A stretch of DNA of 64,000 nt from Prorocentrum cordatum. Taxonomy: Eukaryota. Location of the stretch: assembly GCA_963575745.1 (NCBI GenBank), contig CAUYUJ010000048.1, positions 62,001-126,000 of the forward strand, written 5' to 3'. Shown one piece after another: positions 24,443-36,980 of this stretch. Position 1 is the first letter of the stretch; every line of letters begins with the position of its first letter. The notes under the pieces are model-generated. The model had not been told where the DNA came from and did no database searches. It worked only from the letters and a program-made list of their open reading frames with translations. Made by a program: the position numbers and the translations under genes.

Positions 24443-26026
24443 GATCCACATGGCTGCCGCCACATCCGCCGACCCCCCTCGCGTTTCCGAGGCTGCGGCT
24501 GGCCGCCGCAGGCGTGGATGCCAGGGAACTTGAGCGGGGGGCGGAGACGAGAAGATCGTGGAGGGGGCGCAGAGGACGAGGACAAAGGGGAGGATGAGAC
24601 GGAGGAACATAAGGGGCAAGAGAGAGAGAGGGAGAGAGAGAAAAAAGAAGAAGAAACAAATCCATTCACATCAATTCGAAACGGTGCTTGGCGGGTCGGC
24701 AGGGGCCCCCGTACTTCCTGGCGTTGGAGCGGCCCCAGAGCGGCCCCAGAGGGCGCCAAGAGAGTTGTTCAACGGCACCAGGACGCCTCAAGCTGGCCTT
24801 CGGGGCCCCGAAGATGCCCAAAGAGAGCCCCAGGAAGGCCGAAAAGAGTTCCAAGACGCCCTAAGATAGCCCCAGGACGGCCCAAGAGGCCCCGTAGACG
24901 CCCCAGGAGGTCCCCAGGACGACTTGAAAGAGGGCTTCAAGCACACATCGTCCAAATTCATTAAGTTTTTGCATGATTTGCGCATTGCCGCCCTGTTCGC
25001 CCTCACGACGCCTCCGACGGCCCAAGAGACCGCCAGAATCGGCACGAGACGGCCCAAGAGACCCCCACGAGATTCGAAAGACGGCCCCAGAGGCCACCAA
25101 GCGAGCTCCAACACGGCCCCAGGGGCCCCCAAGAAGGCCACATACTCCCCCTGGACGAGTCCAGGAGGCCCCAAATACGGTCCCAAGATGTGCCCGAGAG
25201 ACGCTATCCGAGCTGATATGTCGTGTTTTCCATCCCACGATGGCCACAAAAGCCCAAAAGAGGTCCCCGAGGGGCCCCCAACAGGCTCCCAGAGGCCCCC
25301 TAAGAGGACCCCCAGAGGCCCCAAGAGGCCCCAAGAGCCCTTGGTAGAGAGGGCCCCAGGTTGAGCCAAGAGCGCCGTAGTTGCCCCGCTCCACTTTCGC
25401 ATCCGCTGCGGCCCCTGGGCGATTCCATATTTTTCCCAGCAGGGGCGTCGGCCCAGGGTTCTCTTTTAGCTCTTTACCCCCGGAATCGACGGCTGTAGGG
25501 CCAGCGAAATGATCTGCGATACGGAACGGGGTCGAGCAGGGCTGGCGAAATGATTGTTGATGTCTCGAGCGAAACGCTTGTTTTGTCTCAGAATGTGTTG
25601 ATGATGTCTCGAGCTAAACGCTTGGTTTGTGTTATAGATGGTTCCCCGCCTGGGGACCAGAATTCAGAGGATGTCTCAGGTGAAATGCTTGATTTCACGT
25701 GCTCAGATCTTGAGGATGTCTCTCTCTGTTTCCCCATATCCTCAGATGGGGTTCTTGTTATTACTTGGACGCCTCCTACTCCTCCTCCTTCTTCCTCCTC
25801 CTCTTTTCTCGTCCCCTCCTGTCGGACATACTCAGACTTGCTCATACACAGACTTACTCATACTCAGACTTACTCATACTCAGACCTACTCATACTCAGA
25901 CTTACTCACACTCAGACATACTCATATACAGACTTACTCATACACAGACTTACTCATACACAGTATTAGTCATACCCAGACGTACACATACACAGACTTA
26001 CTCATACACAGACTTACTCATACTCA

Positions 26027-26480
26027 GCACCCCTAAGGGGAGCCGCCAGGGGTGGTTGCACGGGCTCGTTCGCGGCCATTTTGTGGGGATGTCTCAGGCG
26101 GTTTGCCTGTTTCTGTGCCCAACATCCTTCGCTTTCGGAGCAGATTTGGAGGATGTCTCGAGCGAGGCGCTCATTTCAGCACCCCTAAGGGGAGCCGCCA
26201 GGGGTGGTTGCACGGGCTCGTTCGCGGCCATTTTGTGGGGATGTCTCAGGCGGTTTGCTTGTTTCTGTGCCCAACATCCTTCGCTTTCGGAGCAGATTTG
26301 GAGGATGTCTCGAGCGAGGCGCTCATTTCAGCACCCCTAAGGGGAGCCGCCAGGGGTGGTTGCACGGGCTCGTTCGCGGCCATTTTGTGGGGATGTCTCA
26401 GGCGGTTTGCCTGTTTCTGTGCCCAACATCCTTCGCTTTCGGAGCAGATTTGGAGGATGTCTCGAGCGAGGCGCTCATTT
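26027..26480. repeat. 152-bp tandem repeat, 3 near-identical copies
   Basis: cagcacccctaaggggagccgccagggg recurs at 152-bp spacing; identical ORF starts at 26052, 26204 and 26356. Confidence 0.92.
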
Positions 26481-27654
26481 TCACCCCCCAGGTGGGCCAG
26501 ATTTTGAGGATGTCTCGATCGGTTTGCTAGTTTTGGTGGCCAGGCTCGTGGGCGCAGATTCTTCTCAGGATGCCACAGGAGGCTCCAACAGGCTCCAGGA
26601 GGCTCCAGGAGACCACATGAGGTCCCAGGAGGCATCAGGAGGCCACAGAAAGACTCAAGAGGCCACAGGATGTCCCAAGAGGCTCCAGGAGGCCCCAGGA
26701 AGCTCCAGAAGGCCTCAGGAAACCACAGGAGACCCCAGGAGACAACAGGAAGCGCCAGGAGGCCTCGGAAGGCAACAGGAGGCCCCGAGAGGCCCCAGGA
26801 GCAGGAGGCCTCAGAAGGCAACAGGAGTGGCTCCAATCCCATGTGTTTTACGTATGCTCCTATCGATTGGGCCTCACCTGGAGCACGATTCTTTGATGTT
26901 CTACGTATGTTTCTATAGATGGTCCTTCTCCTGTGTACACAATCCTAAATGTTTTACTCATGTTCCTATGTATTGGGCCTCTCCTGGGGCACGAGTCCTT
27001 GGTGTTTTACGCGTGTTCCTATAGATTGCCCTTCTCCTGTGGCTCTAATCCGCAATGTTTTATGTACGTCTGTTGCTATAGATTGCGCCTCCCCTGGGGC
27101 ACGAAACCTTCCTAGGAGGTCCCAGGAGGTCCCAAGAGGCTCCTGGAGACCCCAGGAAGCCCCAGTAGGTTTCAGGAGGCCCCAGGAGGCCCCAGGCTCA
27201 TGCACAGAGACGCGCTCGTACTACTGAGGCTCATTCACACTCCAATTCATTCGCAGTTAGATTGATGTCCAGACCGTCACAACTGAAGCCCGTTAATATT
27301 CGAAAGTTCTTGCGCCTAGACATTCACGGCGGACAGGTCCATGCGAGTAGATGCACATATGGGGAGCTCCACGCAGTGAATATGTTTTTTGTTCTCTCTC
27401 TCCCTCTCTCTCTCTCTCTTTCTCTCTCTCGAGAGACGCTTCGAGGATGTCTCGAGCGAAATTCTTGTTTTACAGAACTCGAGCGGCCTGGGCGCCCCAG
27501 GATGCCCAGGTGGTTCTGGGAGTCCGAACGCAATGTAATTTCCTAAGGAACGTGGCCCTGGGAGCGCGGACGCAGCGTAATTCACCAGGGAGCGCAGCCT
27601 TGGGAGCGTTGACGCAGCGTAGTTTACAAGGGACCGTGGCCCTGGCAGCACGGT

Positions 27655-28495
27655 GCCCTGGCACGTTTCGTGGCGCGTCCCGTGGCGAGTCCCTTTGGCA
27701 CGTCGCGCGGCGTGTCCCCTGGCACGTCCCGTGGCACGTCCAGTGGCACGTTCCGTAGCGCGTCCGTTTGGCACGTCTTGCGGTGCGTCCCCATTGCACG
27801 TCCTCTGGCACGTCGCCTAGCGCGTCCCTTGGGACGTTCCGAAGCGCGTCCCCTTGGCTTGTCCCTTTGTCAAGTAGCTCAGGGGCAGCCACAATGTGCT
27901 CAGGCAGCTCGAGCTTAAGATCAAGGCCAGTTCGGTCAGGACTCGGATGCAAAGGAGGACTCGGTCTACAACGCTATACAGCAGAATCGTTCCATGGCAC
28001 TTCGCAGTTCAGCACGGCGCCGCGCAGCACAGCCTTTGGCACGGAACACCAAGATCGATACATTCAGCATTGCAACCTGGCACGTTTCGTGGCGCGTCCC
28101 GTGGCGAGTCCCTTTGGCACGTCGCGCGGCGCGTCCCCTGGCACGTCCCGTGGCACGTCCAGTGGCACGTTCCGTAGCGCGTCCGTTTGGCACGTCTTGC
28201 GGTGCGTCCCCATTGCACGTCCTCTGGCACGTCGCCTAGCGCGTCCCTTGGGACGTTCCGTAGGGCGTCCCCCTGGCCTGTCCTCTTGTCAAGTAGCTCA
28301 GGGGCAGCCACTATGTGCTCAGGCAGCTCGAGCTTAAGATCAAGGCCAGTTCGGTCAGGACTCGGATGCAAATGAGGACTCGATCCACAACGCTACAGAG
28401 CACAATCGCGGCATGGCACATCGCAATTCAGTACGGCGCAGCACAGCACAGCTCCTGGCACGGCACATCAAGATCGATACATTCAGCCTTGCAAT
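27655..28495. repeat. ~419-bp tandem duplication of a composite-element 3' module
   Basis: ORFs at 27768 and 28187 begin identically. Homologous to ~21420-22270 and ~31540-32260. Confidence 0.88.
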
Positions 28496-30579
28496 TGCTT
28501 GTCGCCCAATCAGGTGTCTTGAAGACGTCACCATGCCTTACATTTCTGTACTTCTTTCCGGGTTCGTGGTTCGAGCATGTTCGGCCGCTCCGCGCGCCTC
28601 CCGCGCGCCCTCTCCGTGCGCGCAGGACGCAAGGGAGAGGGCGCGATCCAGACGCGGTTGCTCCAGCGCTGAACCCGCCTGCAAGCGTTTGGCGATTTTA
28701 CTTCGGCCCCCGCATGGACGCGGCGGGCGCCCTCGGTGGAGGAGCAGTTGTGAAACGCGCTTCAATCAAGTCGCAGTTGTGAAACGCGCTTCAATCCTTA
28801 GGATAAGCGGCAGTACAGTCAAGATGCTAGAATAAGGAACAGTTTGGGTTCGGAAGGGGCTCGGTGTTCCTTAGTTCGTTCCATGGCTGTTCCTCTAGCC
28901 CTCCTCGTGAACGAAGGCGGTTCTAGGGCTTAAAGGGGCTTCGTTCCTTAGCTAGCGTTCCATATTTCAGCGGCCCGACTGTAGCTAACAGCGTCGCAAA
29001 ACCAGACGCGCGCCGTCTCTCCTCGACCCCCTCGATTCCAGGGATTATCCCATGGGTCCCCGCTCGTTTTTTCCCGGAAGAGCCTGGGGCCCAGGATTCT
29101 CGTTGTCTTGGTTTCCCCCCGGCCTCGACTTGCGCAGGGCCGGCGAAAATATTGTAGTGGCCTTCCGCCAGTGCCGCCGTTCCGGGTCGCTTGAGGTGCC
29201 CCCCAGATTGGGTTGCGACTCTTCGCCAACAGACACGCACGCACACGCTCGCAGACATTACGCGCACACACGCACACACACACACACACGCGCACACACA
29301 CACCCACAGGCACACACAAACACACACACATACACACACAACACACACAACACACACAACACACAACACACAATACACAACACACAACACACACAACACA
29401 CACAACACACACAACACACAACACACACAACACACACAACACACAACATACGCACAACACACAACACACAACACACACAACACACAACATGCAACACACA
29501 CACAACACACAACACACACAACATACAACACACACAACACAACACACACACACAACACACACAACACACAACACACACAACACACACAACACACACAACA
29601 CACACAACACACAACACACACAACACACACAGCCACAGCACACACACAACACACACAGCACACACACAGCACACACAGCACACACAGCACACAGCACACA
29701 CAACACACACAACACACACAACACACACAACACACAACACACAACACACAACACACAACACACAACACACACAGCACACCACACACACACACACACTACA
29801 CTCACACACGCGCGCCACCTTCGCAGGCACATACACACGCACACGCCGGCAACACGCACACATACACACCGCGCACACCGCACAAACACACACACACCAC
29901 ACAACAGACACGCATTTCACCGCCACCTTCGTCTTCCCCCCATTTGTTTCCCGTTTTTTCGCTCTTGTCCCGTTCCACTTCTCTATCCCTCTTTCCTCGA
30001 TTTCTTTCCCGCGTTCACGGACAAACCTTACCCCGCGCACGCGCGCACCCCCCCCTCCCTTCCTCCCCTGCAGAGCCACCCCAGCAACCATTCCAGAGGC
30101 TGAAGCTCAGCCTCGACGCTGTAGGTGAGGCTCCTTCAAACTCACACGCTGCGGAAGCCTCCCCTTCCCATCCCCCACGCCATCAGAACGCACGCCACCG
30201 GAATCCCGCCCTTTTTCTTCCCCCAAAACCCCCTGTCCACAGGCGGGACGGGGGACCGAACCCCCCCCCCCTCTCCACGCCACCGGAACCCACGCCACCG
30301 GACCCCCCCCCTTTCTTTTACCCCGGCAGAGCCACCCCGGCCACCGGACCCCCCACTCTCCCCCCCTCTTCCCCCAATCCCCCTTGTCCACAGGCGGGAC
30401 GGGGGACCGTACCCCCCCCCCACGCCACCGGAACTCACGCCACTGGAATCCCCCCCCTCCCCCCCCTCCCCCTACCCCGGCAGAGCCACCCTGGTCACCC
30501 CGCCCCCCTGAAACCCGCACGCCGGATCGACTGATTTCTTTCATATGTAACGACGTCGCCCATGGCAGGCGCGTGAAGA

Positions 30580-31505
30580 GGTGAGGATGTCCCGAGCGAA
30601 ACGCTGGTTTTTGAAATTCCGATAGACGAAACACGTGGTGAAGTAAACATTATCGTTTGTTGGCGGATATTCCGAGTCTCGAGCGAAACGCTTGGCTTGC
30701 AGAGTGTGTTGAGGATTTCACGAGCGAGGCGCTTGTTTCGTGTTATATACAGTGTTCCTCTTCTGGGGACCAGAATTCAGAGAATGTCTCAGGTGAACTG
30801 CTTGTTTTCATGTGCCCAGGCCTTGGGAGTCACGAGCGAGACGCTTGGTTTCACGCGTCCAGGTTGCCCAGGCAGATGTCTAACATGAGGATGTGTGTTG
30901 CGAGACGCTTGCTTTCACGTGTCCAGGTCGCCCAGGCGGATCTCTAGCATGCGGATGTGTTGAGAACGTCTCCAGCGATACGCTTGTTTTCGCTTGCCCT
31001 GGTCGCCTAGGCGGATGTGCAACATGGAGATGGTTTTAGGATGTGTCGAGCGAGACGCTTGCTTTCACGTATCCAGGTCGCCAAGGCGGATGGCTAGCAT
31101 GAGGGTGTATGTTGAGGATGTGTTGAGCGAGACGCTTGTTTTCACTTGCCCTGGTCGCCTAGTCGGATGTCCAACATGAAGAAGTTGAGGATGTGTTGAA
31201 CGAGACGCTTGCTTTCACGTGTCCAGGTCGCCCAGGCGGGTGTCTAGCATGCGGATGTGTTGAGGATATGTTGATGGAGACGCTTGTTATCGCTTGCCCA
31301 GGCCGCCGAGGCGGATGTCTAACATGAGGATTTGGGCAGGATGTCTCGAGCGAAACGCTTATGTTCACGCGTCCAGGCTGCCCAGGCAGATGTCCAAGGA
31401 TGTGTGGAGAACGTCTCGAGCGAGATGATGGGTTTCAAGTGTCCAGGTCGCCCAGGCGGATGTCTAACATGAGGATGTGTCGAGGATGTCCCGAGCGAGA
31501 CGCTT
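30580..31505. repeat. ~60-70-bp degenerate minisatellite
   Basis: Recurrent gaggatgt..cgagcgagacgcttg...ccaggtcgcccaggcggatgtctaacatg. Confidence 0.8.
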
Positions 31506-32419
31506 GTCGCAGTAGAGCGCATCGCAGTCAACCCCGCCTGTCCGTGGGGCGTCCCCTGGCGCGCTGGCGCGTCCCCTGGCGCGTCCCTTGCGACGTTCTG
31601 GCGTGAGGTGCCTTGGCACGTCCCTTTGCACGCCACTCGGCGTGGCGGCACGTTCCCTGGCTCGTCCTCTGTCGCGTGTCCTGGCTCTTCCCAGGCGTTT
31701 CCCCTGCCCGTTCCGTGGCGCACCCTTTGCAACGTCCCTTGGCATGACGTCCTCTGGCCGCCCCATGGCACGCGCCTTGGCACGTCTCGTGAGAGGTCCC
31801 TGACACGTCCAGGGTGCGTCCCCTTTTACGTTCCCTGACACGCCCCCTGGCGCATCCCCTTGTTGCGCCCCTGGCACATCCTGCGGCGCGTCCGTGAGCC
31901 TGTGCCCCTCGACTTTCCGGAGCTGAGTCGGATTCCGAGGGCGAGTTGATTGAACGTCCCGCACATTTCTGCTTCAACTAGCTCTGGGGCAGCTACGTTG
32001 TGCTCAGTCAGCTCGAGCTTGAGATCCTGATCAGTTCGGTCGGCACTGGGATGCGAGGGAGGACTCGACCCACAATGCTATAGAGCACAATCGTGACATG
32101 GCACATCGCATTTCAGCACTGCACAACACAGTGAAGGCCTTCGGCGCGGTACATCAAGATCGATGCACTCAGCATGTCAATTGCCCGTCGCCCAACCAGG
32201 TGTCTTGAAAACGTTGCCATGCCTCACATTTCGACATTCCCTTCGGGTTCGTAGGTCGATCATGTTTTCATATGCGCGCTAGGTGAGAAGAAGAGAGAGA
32301 GAGAAATAAAGAAAAGGAGAGAGAGAGAGGAATAGAGAGAGAGAGAGAGATAGAGAGAAGGACAGAGAGGGGGTGGGGGGGGGCAACAAACAAAGAAGAA
32401 ACGAACACGAGATACGGGA

Positions 32420-32450
<31 letters not shown>

Positions 32451-34709
32451 TTAAAAACAATAGTTTTATGTGTGTTCTTTTTATATCGGGGGGCGGGGCC
32501 CCTCCTCCCCTGCGGGAAACTGAATGAGCCTGGCGCTTGCTTTGCGTCTGTGCGATACGTAAACACTACTGTTCGTTCGCTCTCCTCTCCCTCCGCCTTG
32601 TCCTCCCCCTCCTCGTCGTTCTCCCCCATCTTACTTCTCCTCCTCCACCTCCTCCTCCTCTTCCCCATCCGCTTCCTCATCGTTCTCGCCCTTCTCTCCA
32701 TCCGCGTCTGCCTTTTCCTCCTCCTTCGCATCCTCGCCCTCCTCTTCCTCCCTCCCCTCTCTATCAATTTTCTGATGCTCGTCGTCGTCCCTCCCTCCCT
32801 CCCTCGTCCCCATGTTCCTCCTACCTCATGAGGCGTCATGTCTCCCTGGTCCGCCGCCGCTCTTTCTCCGGATATCGAACCCGCAGCCGCCATCCACTCA
32901 CAGTGCGGAAACCATTTGATGGGACACATTGTGCACGTGATGCATGCAGCGTTTTTGTTTGTTGTTTACACCATCCATGTCATCTGCATGAATGAATGAA
33001 AGCGAGCGAAGGGCGCAACGACTCAGGAGCCCAGTATGGATGTTTTTTGTTTGGCCGCGACGTGAAGGAGTTATGGAAACGACACGTAGCACGCTGCGCA
33101 AAAAATTACAGGCGGCGAACGCGAACGTCGCGACGAGCGGGGCATTCAAACATTGATGCCCTTTGTAATGTGCGGGGGCAGCGTGCAGCATTGAAAACGC
33201 ATAAAACATTGGAATATTGACAGGAGTTTGCAAGAACAAGTATTTCAACTAGCACAACCAATAGAGACACGTTACCGATGTGTAAGGCAAGGTTTTTTGC
33301 AGTATACATCATAATTTGAGAGCCAAGACGAAACGCGCGAAAGGCGCAGCAAAGGGCGAACAAAAGAAACGCGCTCATACTTGTCCATCGCTCGACATGA
33401 GCGTGCTCGACAAACGGAGACTGCAATTACACGCGTTGCGCCCGCGCGACGCGGCCCGTGTTGCAAGCGCGCGCAGGAATCGACGAAGGCGGCCATGGGT
33501 GCATCCAAAATTGCATGCCCCATCTGACCCGTTGAAACGCGCTCAAACCGATAGCCAGCAGCACACGTTAAGCGAAAGCGAGAGGTACGCGAAGGACGGG
33601 TGAGGGGTGCATTCAAAAGTAAATGTCCCTCAAATATGCGAGGCCCCCGCATGGAGTGAACGCCAATGGGTTTCAAAGCGTCACCATCTGTTCGCGCGCG
33701 CTCGCCATGTTGCGCGGAAAAAATTGACGACTTCATGCCAGATCGTTCAATGTTCGCAACATTGCCGCTTCTTTCTTGAATTTTTTAGAGCAAATGTTGG
33801 GCGACCGCCCGCATTCAGAATTTATCGAGAATGTGTTGAATTTACCTTTCGCCGCATTCCACGAAACCAGAAGGGCATGTGGGTCGTGGACGAATCTCCG
33901 CGAAAAACAAATCTCTGATTGGGGTGGTTCAGGACTCCCTCAACGCGCCCGCATGGGTGGATTACTTCCCGTGACAGCTGGAAGCTGCGGCGCTTCCAAT
34001 ATTCGAAGCGTACATCTTTCATGGCAGACATCCCGCGCCCAAAATCAACGAACAATGCACCTGACTTCTTCATTTGGGCGGCATTCGTGGGATCCTTTCA
34101 CTGGGGTGCGTCCGACATGGATGAAATCCCTCGAGCAAGTGAGACCGATGGCTCCCTGTTTCGCCCGTCGCGATCCTAATGAATGGCAGGCATCCCGCTC
34201 CCAACAAAAACGAACCACGCGAGTAGTTCTTCCCTCTTGACGACAGTAACAGATGACAGGCAGGGACGGGCAAAGCACATGGCCCCAAGATGCATTAGGG
34301 CGGCGCTGGGAACGCCTTTCGTTCGCTGGCAAGTGACCCCTCGATTCCCCCAGAGGTTCCCCACGTTTTGCCACCGCATCGGACGTGCCGGCCCAGATTG
34401 CGCGAAGACTTCACAACGGGTCCTTCGAGGAATCCCTAGGCTCTTCCACGAGGCTCAAGCTGATCGATGCGTTGGACATTGCTTGTTCGGAAGTCGCGGT
34501 CTCGCGACCGTGGAGCGTTCGGCATGGTTTGCGGGCTGCCCGAGGCAGCACTCTGGCGTGGCCTGCTGCAGCCCTCGCGCGAGCCCAGCACAGCCCCACG
34601 ACGGCCTACGACTGCATGCGATCGGGATCTTTTGCACAGCGTGTCGCTCTGCCGGTCCTGGCCCTTCGCGCTTCGGTGCGACACTCTATCCCTCTCGCGG
34701 TCCCCCAGC

Positions 34710-34889
34710 TCGAAGACCGATTTCTGACCACATCCACCTCTGGATCCTCGATTCTATGATAGGCCCTCGGGGGTGGAAGTGGGTAGTTTTTCCTTCCCCT
34801 GGAGCGGGGAAACTGCCCACCTCCACCTCTGGAAACCGTTTTTCGCAAGGCACCTCGGGAAGTGGGTGTGGTCAGAAATCGGTCTCCTA
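34710..34889. mobile_element. TIR MITE with 5-bp TSD
   Basis: agaccgatttctgaccaca...tgtggtcagaaatcggtct inverted repeat, flanked by ccagc/ccagc. Confidence 0.78.
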
Positions 34890-35714
34890 CCAGCGTCAAC
34901 GTCCCGGGCCGTTCCGAGCCTCCCGCCCCGCGGAGCGGGGCGACACGCTGCTCGGTTGCAGCGCGGAGCTTGGCGCCGGGGCCGCCGCGACACGCTAAGC
35001 AAAAGTTCCCAGCCGTAGCCCGAGAAAGTCCAAGCCCAGTCCAAGATAGCCCGAACGCCCTCACCACCACGAGGCCAGAATCGCAAGTCCTGTCTGGACG
35101 ACCTCGCCCCAACGGCCCGCAGACTACTCTGGACAGCCCCGGAGCCATGTCTGTCCCGCCCTCGACGACCAGAGAGCGGGCCCTCCGCCGGCCCCGAAGG
35201 ACTGCCCAGGGAGCTCCAAAGTGTTCCCGAGGATTCTCAGAGAGATCGCCACCCGCTCCACACTCCCCCCAGCCTCTCAGCCACGCGCAGAGGGAGGTGG
35301 GGGGAGGGGGGAGGGCTTCTTAGAAGCACCCCTGCTTCTTAGAAGGCGCGGGCCTTATCTATAGGTGCAAGGCCGGCGCCTTCTAAGATGCAGCCTCCTT
35401 CTAAGAAGCCCTCCCCCCTCCCTCCACCCCCTTGTGCTCGCCGCCAAGCCTCATCACAATGGAGCGGAGGTCGGTGTCTCTCCTCCGGTTTCCCCCGCCT
35501 CCTTGATCCCTCCTTCCCGTCGCTCCTACCACTTCGTATCCCTGCGGCCCTTCTTAAGCGCGCGACGCGCGCGCGCGTGGGTTGGGAACTTCGGCTTAGG
35601 GGCGTCGCGCGGCGCACCGGGTCCGGGGGCCCGGGGCGGGGACCTCGACCGCAAATGTGCACCCCGGGGGGCCCGGAGGCTCGTCGGGGCTTGCCGGAGG
35701 CCTCCCCAGTCAGG

Positions 35715-36980
35715 CAAGACGGCCCAAGAAGCGCCCAAGACGGCCCAAGAAACTTCCAAGAGGCCTCCAAGAGGGCTCCGAGATGCTGAAGATGGCCTCC
35801 AGACGTCCAAGGACGCCCCCAAGAGGCCCCAAGAAGCCTCCAACATGCGTCCCAAGAGGGCCCCTAGACGCAAAAATTGGCCCATTCCCTTCGTAAAACG
35901 TACATTTTCAACAAAGTTGTCTTTTGGGCTTTCCGACGTTACAGGACGGCCCAAGAGGCGCCCAAGACCGCCCCAAGACGGCCCAAGAAGCTTCCAGAGG
36001 GCCCCAGGACAGCCCAAGAGGGCCCCAAGACGGCCCAAGAGGCGCCCAAGATGGCCCAAGAGGGCCCCAAGACGGGCCCAAGAGGGGGCCCAGAGGGGGA
36101 CCACGAACCGCAAGCTCGAGCCTTCCGCCCCAAGAGGCCGCCAGGAGGCCCCCAGGAGGCCCCTCAAGAGGCCCCAGGAGACCCCAGACGTCCAAGGACG
36201 CCCCCAAGAGGCCCCAAGAAGCCTCCAACATGCGTCCCAAGAGGGCCCCTAGACGCAAGAATTGGCCCATTCCCTTTGTAAAACGTACATTTTTAACAAA
36301 GTCGCCTTTTGGGCTTTCCGACGTTACAGGACGGCCCAAGAGGCGCCCAAGACCGCCCCAAGACGGCCCAAGAAGCTTCCAAGAGGGCCCCAGGACAGCC
36401 CAAGAGGGCCCCAAGACGGCCCAAGAGGCGCCCAAGATGGCCCAAGAGGGCCCCAAGACGGGCCCAAGAGGGGGCCCAGAGGGGGACCACGAACCGCAAG
36501 CTCGAGCCTTCCGCCCCAAGAGGCCGCCAGGAGGCCCCCAGGAGGCCCCTCAAGAGGCCCCAGGAGACCCCAGACGTCCAAGGACGCCCCCAAGAGGCCC
36601 CAAGAAGCCTCCAACATGCGTCCCAAGAGGGCCCCTAGACGCAAAAATTGGCCCATTCCCTTCGTAAAACGTACAGTTTTAACAAAGTCGCCTTTTGGGC
36701 TTTCCGACGTTACAGGACGGCCCAAGAGGCGCCCAAGACCGCCCCAAGACGGCCCAAGAAGCTTCCAAGAGGGCCCCAGGACAGCCCAAGAGGGCCCCAA
36801 GACGGCCCAAGAGGCGCCCAAGATGGCCCAAGAGGGCCCCAAGACGGGCCCAAGAGGGGGCCCAGAGGGGGACCACGAACCGCAAGCTCGAGCCTTCCGC
36901 CCCAAGAGGCCGCCAGGAGGCCCCAAGGAGGCCCCTCAAGAGGCCCCAGGAGACCCCAGTCGTCCAAGGACGCCCCCAAG
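35715..36980. repeat. ~386-bp tandem repeat, ~3.3 copies, built from ccaaga/ggcccc subrepeats
   Basis: Near-identical ORF starts at 35877, 36262 and 36648. Confidence 0.92.
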
